Source of the DNA: Acidimicrobiales bacterium
Lineage (GTDB): Bacteria; Actinomycetota; Acidimicrobiia; Acidimicrobiales; SZUA-35
Direction of reading: 5' to 3'
Assembly: GCA_052032035.1 (NCBI GenBank)
Contig: JBPEXC010000060.1
Coordinates: forward strand, 1 to 33,017
DNA: 33,017 nt
In this document: in pieces, positions 27,887 through 33,017 of the stretch
Layout: every line of letters begins with the position of its first letter
How positions within the stretch are numbered: position 1 is the stretch's first letter
The notes under the pieces: model-generated
Database searches by the model: none
What the model saw: only the letters and a program-made list of their open reading frames with translations
Told to the model about the DNA's origin: nothing
Position numbers and translations under genes: made by a program

Positions 27887-27908
27887 ATCATGACGAGGGG
27901 GTGTGACA
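27887..27908 (-). promoter_or_regulatory. PafBC/RecA-NDp-like promoter candidate
   Basis: Minus strand TGTCAC-N10-CATGAT-N7-ATG; spacing matches the mycobacterial TGTCGG-N10-TANNNT motif, with mismatches. Confidence 0.45.
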
Positions 27909-27909
27909 G

Positions 27910-29079
27910 TCACGAGGCCACCCTGGTGGCGAGACAGACGGCGCCGGCGACGGCGAGCACGGCGGCGGCGATCGAGATCGCCGTGATGCCACCGGCGGCC
28001 CACAACGTCGTCGCCCCGACGCTGGTGACCGCACGACCGGCGGTGAGGGTGATCCCCGCCCACCCGACGACCTCGGCTCGCCGATCGGTCGACAGCTCGG
28101 TGATCATCACCATCAGGGCGATGAAGCCGACCTCGAAGGCGACGATGCCGGCGGTGAGCAGACCGAGGCCGACGACCCGGTCGTCGCCGGCGAGCGGAAG
28201 GGCGGCGAACAGCGGGGCGAGGGCGACGAGCCCGACCAGCGCCGTGCGGCGGCTGCCGAAGCGATCGGCCCAGGCGGTCACCGCCGCCGTGCCGACGAGT
28301 TCGCCGAGGCCGAGCACCACCACGGCCCCGCCGATGCCCTCCACCGAGAGGCCGAGCTGCTCCTCCATCCAGATGCCGTGGGCGACCATCACGAGCTGGT
28401 GGGAGCCGGACACGAGGCCCAGCACCACCATCGCCGGCAGCACGGTCTTGGGAAGGGGTCCGAGGTCGGCCGACGGGGCGGCGACCCGCTCGGCCCGGGG
28501 CACCGCAGATCGGACCACCACGACGGCCACCACAGCGGCGACGGCGGTGACGACGAAGGCCTCGCGCCACGACCACGCGTCGATCACCAACCCGATCACC
28601 GGGGTGCCGACGAGGAGCGAGAGGGCCCACGCGAACTCGGTGGCACCGATCACGCGACCACGCCGTTCGAACGGCACGACGGCGCCGATCCACGAGATCA
28701 TCGCCAGGTCGTAGAGCGGCTTGCCGAAGCCGATGAGTGCGAAGCCGAGCCCGAACCACCAGGCACCGCCGAGGACGACCAACGCGGCGCCGCCGGCGAC
28801 GATCGTGAGGCCGGTGACCATCGTGTTCCGGTAGCCGAGCCGGTCGGATCGACCGCCGAGCCACGACGCCGGGATGCCGAGCAGGAGTTGGATCGACAGC
28901 ACCACGCCCGCCGCGCCGAGCGAGAGGCCGGCGCCCCGGGCGATGGCGGGCAGGAACGAGAGCGGGAAGCGGAGGGCCACGTTGGTGACCCACCGTCCGA
29001 ACGCCAGCGCGGCGACCGGCCGGCCGACCGAGGGCGCGTCGAGCGCCTCGACGGCGGAGTCGGTCGGTGCGGCGCTCAC
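27910..29079 (-). CDS. MFS transporter
   Basis: [10 protein letters not shown] and WADRFGSRR motif-A repeats; about 12 TM helices; GTG start after -10-like CATGCT. Confidence 0.85.
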   Translation of the reverse strand: MSAAPTDSAVEALDAPSVGRPVAALAFGRWVTNVALRFPLSFLPAIARGAGLSLGAAGVVLSIQLLLGIPASWLGGRSDRLGYRNTMVTGLTIVAGGAALVVLGGAWWFGLGFALIGFGKPLYDLAMISWIGAVVPFERRGRVIGATEFAWALSLLVGTPVIGLVIDAWSWREAFVVTAVAAVVAVVVVRSAVPRAERVAAPSADLGPLPKTVLPAMVVLGLVSGSHQLVMVAHGIWMEEQLGLSVEGIGGAVVVLGLGELVGTAAVTAWADRFGSRRTALVGLVALAPLFAALPLAGDDRVVGLGLLTAGIVAFEVGFIALMVMITELSTDRRAEVVGWAGITLTAGRAVTSVGATTLWAAGGITAISIAAAVLAVAGAVCLATRVAS

Positions 29080-29120
29080 CCCAGCAGCATGCCGACATCG
29101 GCGAGGTGTATCGTTGGTGT

Positions 29121-29312
29121 ATGGCGCGCACGAACATCGACATCGACGACGAGCTCTGCCGGCGCGTGATGCAGCGCTATCACCTCCGCACCAAACGAGA
29201 GGCGGTCGACCTCGCGCTCCGTCGGCTGGCCGAGGAACCGCTCGCCGACGCCGACGCACGATCGCTCCGCGGATCGGGCTGGGAAGGTGACCTCGACGAG
29301 ATGCGTTCGTGA
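29121..29312 (+). CDS. vapB: VapB antitoxin (ribbon-helix-helix)
   Basis: [12 protein letters not shown]...[13 protein letters not shown]...[10 protein letters not shown]; GTGA overlap with the PIN gene. Confidence 0.9.
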   Translation: MARTNIDIDDELCRRVMQRYHLRTKREAVDLALRRLAEEPLADADARSLRGSGWEGDLDEMRS

Positions 29313-29704
29313 TCCTCGTCGACACCTCGGCCTGGGTCGAGTTCCTCCGAGACACGGGCTCCCCGGTCTGCCAGGCGGTCGACGACCTGCTCGCCGACGA
29401 CCTCGCCGTCTGTGATCCGATCTCGATGGAGGTGCTGGCCGGGGCCCGCAACCAACGGCACCTCGGCGACCTCCGTCGCCTGCTCGCCCGCTGCACCGTG
29501 CTCCCCACCGAACCGGCCGACTTCGAGACCTCCGCCGCCCTCTACCGGACGTGTCGGACCAAGGGCGAGACGGTCCGCAAGCTGATGGACTGCCTCATCG
29601 CCGCCGTGGCCATCCGCCACGGCGCCGCACTCCTGCACGCCGATGCGGACTTCGGCGCCCTCGAACGACACGCCGGACTGGTGGTCCACCCCCGCTCGGC
29701 GTGA
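29309..29704 (+). CDS. vapC: VapC PIN-domain ribonuclease toxin
   Basis: [33 protein letters not shown] (acidic PIN residues present). Confidence 0.92.
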   Translation: MILVDTSAWVEFLRDTGSPVCQAVDDLLADDLAVCDPISMEVLAGARNQRHLGDLRRLLARCTVLPTEPADFETSAALYRTCRTKGETVRKLMDCLIAAVAIRHGAALLHADADFGALERHAGLVVHPRSA

Positions 29705-29708
29705 GCGA

Positions 29709-30290
29709 CTACGGCTCGAGGGCGGCGCGGAGGAAGTCGAGGACCGTGCGGCGCAGGCGGGCCGCGGTGCGCAGGTCGAGATCGAGGCCGACCGCCCGGA
29801 GCACGCCGGCGTCCGCCACCACGCCGGTGACGGCGGCGTAGACGCTGACCAACAACAGCGCCGGGTCGGCCCTGCGGAACACCCCGGCCTCCATCTGCTC
29901 GGCCAGCGACGCCACCGCCCGGTCGATCAGCGGCTGCAGCTCGGCCAGCACCGCATCCGAATGGGGTGGACCGACGCGGGTCACCTCACGCAACAGGCCC
30001 AACAGCTCCGGCCGCCGCACCGCCAGATCGAACGCCGCCCGCACCGCGGCCTCGACCCGAGGCCACCCGAGCGCCGGCCCGTCCATCGCCCCGGCCAGCG
30101 TCGCCCCGAGCTCGGCCGCCCCGGCGGAGAACACCGCCGCCAGCAGTCCGTCCTTGGAACGGAAGTGGTAGAGCACCGCCTGCTTGGTCACGCCGAGCTC
30201 ACGCGCCAGGTCGTCGAGCGACGTGGCGGCGACGCCCCGCTCGGCGAAGGCCGCCGACGCAGCCTCGATCGCACGCTGCTTCGTCGCCAT
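29709..30290 (-). CDS. TetR/AcrR family transcriptional regulator
   Basis: AFAERGVAATSLDDLARELGVTKQAVLYHFRSKDGL HTH. Confidence 0.93.
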   Translation of the reverse strand: MATKQRAIEAASAAFAERGVAATSLDDLARELGVTKQAVLYHFRSKDGLLAAVFSAGAAELGATLAGAMDGPALGWPRVEAAVRAAFDLAVRRPELLGLLREVTRVGPPHSDAVLAELQPLIDRAVASLAEQMEAGVFRRADPALLLVSVYAAVTGVVADAGVLRAVGLDLDLRTAARLRRTVLDFLRAALEP

Positions 30291-30323
30291 GGCCGCCGAT
30301 CCTAGCTATCCTCGGACCGTTCC

Positions 30324-30337
30324 TGACCGATTGGTAA
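30324..30337. promoter_or_regulatory. putative TetR operator in the divergent promoter region
   Basis: Imperfect palindrome TGACCGATTGGTAA, AT-rich against the background, downstream of a plus-strand -10 (TATCCT, 30307-30312); minus-strand -10 TAGGAT precedes tetR. Confidence 0.55.
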
Positions 30338-30363
30338 AGAGCCCCCGAGAGGCCGCACCTCCC

Positions 30364-32715
30364 ATGATCGCCGAACAGCTCGCCGGACAACGCATCGCCA
30401 TCACCGGCGGCACCGGGTTCCTCGGCACCGCCCTCATCGAACGGCTGATGCGGCAGGTCCCCGACTGCGAACTCGTCCTCCTCGTGCGCCCGGGCAAGCG
30501 GTCGACCCCGACCGAGCGGGCCCGCCGCGAGATCTTCCGCAACGACGCCTTCCACCGCATGATCACCGAGCGGGGCGAGACCCCCCGCAAGGCGCCGACG
30601 TTCTGGGACGAGGTCGAGCGCCGCGTCACCGTGATCGCCGGCGACGTCTCCAGCGACGGCCTGGGCCTGAACGACGACGACCGCGCCATCCTCGCCGGCT
30701 GCGACACCGTCATCCACTCGGCCGCCACCGTCAGCTTCGAGGCCCCGCTCGACGGCGCCATCGAGGTCAACCTCCTCGGCGCCACCCGCATCGCCGAGAC
30801 CCTCCAGAGCCTGGAGGTCACCCCCCACCTCGTCGCCGTGTCGACCTGCTACGTCGCCGGCAACCGCCGCGGCTCGGCCCCCGAACAGCTCCTGACCGAC
30901 TCGCCGTTCCACATCGACGTCGACTGGCGAGCCGAGGTGAAGGCCGCCCGCCGCACCCGCAGCGACTTCGACGCCGAGAGCCGTAGCGCCGAACGCCTCG
31001 AGGAGTTCCGGGCCCGAGCCCGCCACGAACTCGGCGCCGCCGGCACGCCCCTGCTCGCCGCCAAGACCGAGCAGTACCGCCAGCGCTGGGTGACCGAGCA
31101 GCTCGTCGAGGCCGGCCGGGCCCGCGCCGCCTCGCTGGGCTGGCCCGACGCCTACGCCTACACCAAGGCCCTCGGCGAGCGAGCACTCGTCGAGTCCAAG
31201 GCCGACGTGCCGGTGTCGATCGTGCGCCCGTCGATCATCGAGTCGGCCTGGGCCGAGCCGGTCCCGGGCTGGATCAAGGGCTTCCGCATGGCGGAACCGA
31301 TCCTGATCTCCTACGCCCAGGGCCTGCTGCGCGAGTTCCCCGGCGTGCCCGAGGGTGTCGTCGACGTCATCCCGGTCGACATCGTGGTCGCCGCCATCGT
31401 CGCCGTCGCCGCCAAGGGCCCGAGCGACGACGGGTCGGTCCCGGTCACCCAGGTCGCCTCCGGCACCCGCAACCCGCTCCACTACCGCACCCTGGTCGAC
31501 CTCGTGTCGGGCTGGTTCACCGAGCACCCGCTCTACGACAAGAAGGGTCAGCCGATCGCAGTCGCCCCCTTCAGCTTCCCCGGCCGCGGCGCCGTCGAAC
31601 GCCAACTCGACCGAGCCCACAAGAGCCTCGACCGGGCCGACAAGGCCCTCAAGCTGCTCCCGCTCCGGGGCAAGCAGGCGCTGATCAACGCCGACGTCGA
31701 GGACAAGATGGAGCAGGTCGAGCGGGCCAAGACCTACGTGAAGATCTACGGCGCCTACGCCGAGTGCGAGGCCCTCTACGGGGTCGAGAAGCTCCTCGAA
31801 CTCCACGAGTCGCTCGACCCCGCCGACCAGGAGGCTCTCGCCCTCGACCCCGGCATCGTCGACTGGCGCCGCTACGTCACCGAGATCCACCTGCCCTCGG
31901 TCGTCGAGCACGCCAGGGTGAAGACCTCGGGCGAACGCAGCGACCCCGACGCCCGCGTCAAGCGGCTCCGCAAGCGGGTGCTCGCCCCCGAGCGCCACAT
32001 CGCGGCGTTCGACCTCGAGAACACGATCATCGCGTCGAACGTGGTGTTCTCCTACGCCTGGCTGGCCACCCGCAACATGACGCCGGGCGAGCGAGTGCGC
32101 TTCACGATGAAGACCCTGCAGGAGGCCCCCGGCCTGCTCGCCCTCGACCAGCGCGACCGCACCGACTTCCTGCGCCACTTCTACCGCCGCTACGACGGCG
32201 CGTCGGTGGCCGAGATGGATCGGCTCGGCGCCGAGCTGCTGAGCGACCACATCCTGACCAAGGCGTTCCCCGCCGCGGTCCGCCGGGTCCGCAAGCACCG
32301 CGAGCTCGGCCACCGCACCGTGTTGATCACCGGCGCCCTCAACATCGTGGTCGACCCGCTGCGGCCACTGTTCGACGACGTGATCTGCGCCGAGATGTCG
32401 GTGCGTGACGGCCGCTACACCGGCGAGCTCCTCGCCGTGCCGCCCACCGGCGAGATCCGGGCCCAGGCGCTGCGCGACTACGCGGAGGCCCACGACCTCG
32501 ACCTCGCCGAGTCGGTGGCCTATGCCGATTCGTCGTCGGATCTCCCCCTGCTCGACGCCGTCGGGTTCCCCGTTGCCGTCAACCCCGAGACCCGCCTCGC
32601 CTCCATCGCGGTGAAGCGCGGCTGGCTCGTGGAGTACTGGTCCAAGGCCCAGGGCGGTTCCGACCGCGCGCTCCCCCTCGGCCCCCTCCCCTCGCTCCGC
32701 CGGAGCAGGAAGTAG
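30364..32715 (+). CDS. fatty acyl-CoA reductase (male-sterility/extended SDR) fused to a C-terminal HAD-IB phosphatase
   Basis: ITGGTGFLG, IHSAATVSF, VSTCYV, YAYTK, VRPSIIES, DVIPVD (FAR). From about 32011: FDLENT, LITG, AYADSSSDLPLL, AVNP (HAD-IB). Confidence 0.88.
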   Translation: MIAEQLAGQRIAITGGTGFLGTALIERLMRQVPDCELVLLVRPGKRSTPTERARREIFRNDAFHRMITERGETPRKAPTFWDEVERRVTVIAGDVSSDGLGLNDDDRAILAGCDTVIHSAATVSFEAPLDGAIEVNLLGATRIAETLQSLEVTPHLVAVSTCYVAGNRRGSAPEQLLTDSPFHIDVDWRAEVKAARRTRSDFDAESRSAERLEEFRARARHELGAAGTPLLAAKTEQYRQRWVTEQLVEAGRARAASLGWPDAYAYTKALGERALVESKADVPVSIVRPSIIESAWAEPVPGWIKGFRMAEPILISYAQGLLREFPGVPEGVVDVIPVDIVVAAIVAVAAKGPSDDGSVPVTQVASGTRNPLHYRTLVDLVSGWFTEHPLYDKKGQPIAVAPFSFPGRGAVERQLDRAHKSLDRADKALKLLPLRGKQALINADVEDKMEQVERAKTYVKIYGAYAECEALYGVEKLLELHESLDPADQEALALDPGIVDWRRYVTEIHLPSVVEHARVKTSGERSDPDARVKRLRKRVLAPERHIAAFDLENTIIASNVVFSYAWLATRNMTPGERVRFTMKTLQEAPGLLALDQRDRTDFLRHFYRRYDGASVAEMDRLGAELLSDHILTKAFPAAVRRVRKHRELGHRTVLITGALNIVVDPLRPLFDDVICAEMSVRDGRYTGELLAVPPTGEIRAQALRDYAEAHDLDLAESVAYADSSSDLPLLDAVGFPVAVNPETRLASIAVKRGWLVEYWSKAQGGSDRALPLGPLPSLRRSRK

Positions 32716-32718
32716 CCC

Positions 32719-33017
32719 ATGCCCTCCTCTCGTCGCCCCAACCCCCGCCCTGGCTTCGTCCTCGAGGTCGACCGCCAGACCCCTCCCCTGCTGTTCCACC
32801 ACGGCGAGGGGTTCCGGATGGAGAAGCTGCCGGTGGGCCGCAGCCGCGTGATCTACCCGGCCGAGCCGCTGGAGGGCCTCGCCCATCCCGACCACGAGAT
32901 CCGGCAGGCCCTGCTCCACCCGATCGAGGACGACCCGTTGCCCTCGCTGCTGAAGCCGGGCATGAAGCTGACGATCGCGTTCGACGACATCTCGCTGCCC
33001 CTGCCTCCGATGCAGCG
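32719..33017 (+). CDS. lactate racemase (LarA/DUF2088) domain protein, 3'-truncated
   Basis: My translation: MPSSRRPNPRPGFVLEVDRQTPPLLFHHGEGFRMEKLP...IRQALLHPIEDDPLPSLLKPGMKLTIAFDDISLPLPPMQ. 'AL.HP....PL......KLTIAFDD' resembles the LarA N-terminus. Not in the ORF track because there is no stop in the window. Confidence 0.75.
   Translation, partial: MPSSRRPNPRPGFVLEVDRQTPPLLFHHGEGFRMEKLPVGRSRVIYPAEPLEGLAHPDHEIRQALLHPIEDDPLPSLLKPGMKLTIAFDDISLPLPPMQ

Noticed and set aside
30199-32919. 906-aa minus-strand ORF and other long shadow ORFs (e.g. 18186-20192, 8797-10605, 10706-12154, 2841-4301)
   Set aside because: They are antisense or alternate-frame shadows of well-supported genes, expected at high GC with few stop codons, and carry no recognisable motifs.

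Overview
High-GC actinobacterial chromosomal segment; gene content suggests Acidimicrobiia, which is an inference. It is densely coding with about 36 genes. Left to right: a truncated Ski2/HelY-like helicase; a minus-strand cell-wall glycan cluster (LCP ligase, ugd, UDP-glucuronate decarboxylase, three GT4 glycosyltransferases, manC) preceded by yceH-thiN; acyl-CoA and flavin metabolic genes and a glycolipid-type GT4; a run of small accessory genes downstream of tRNA-Val(CAC) (single-domain globin, secreted pentapeptide-Ig-DUF4214 protein, DUF4332, tiny Cys4 protein); amidase, membrane J-domain protein, F420-dependent LLM, menA-murF divergent from ddl, two MFS transporters flanking a DUF222/HNH gene, and a vapBC pair. 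At the right edge a TetR gene is divergent from an operon encoding a fatty acyl-CoA reductase-HAD phosphatase fusion and a LarA/DUF2088-domain protein. That operon is the best candidate for an undescribed system, possibly an ether-lipid or alkyl-lipid pathway. No CRISPR array, rRNA, integrase or transposase was seen. Many genes appear leaderless. All product calls come from motif recognition by eye, not database searches.
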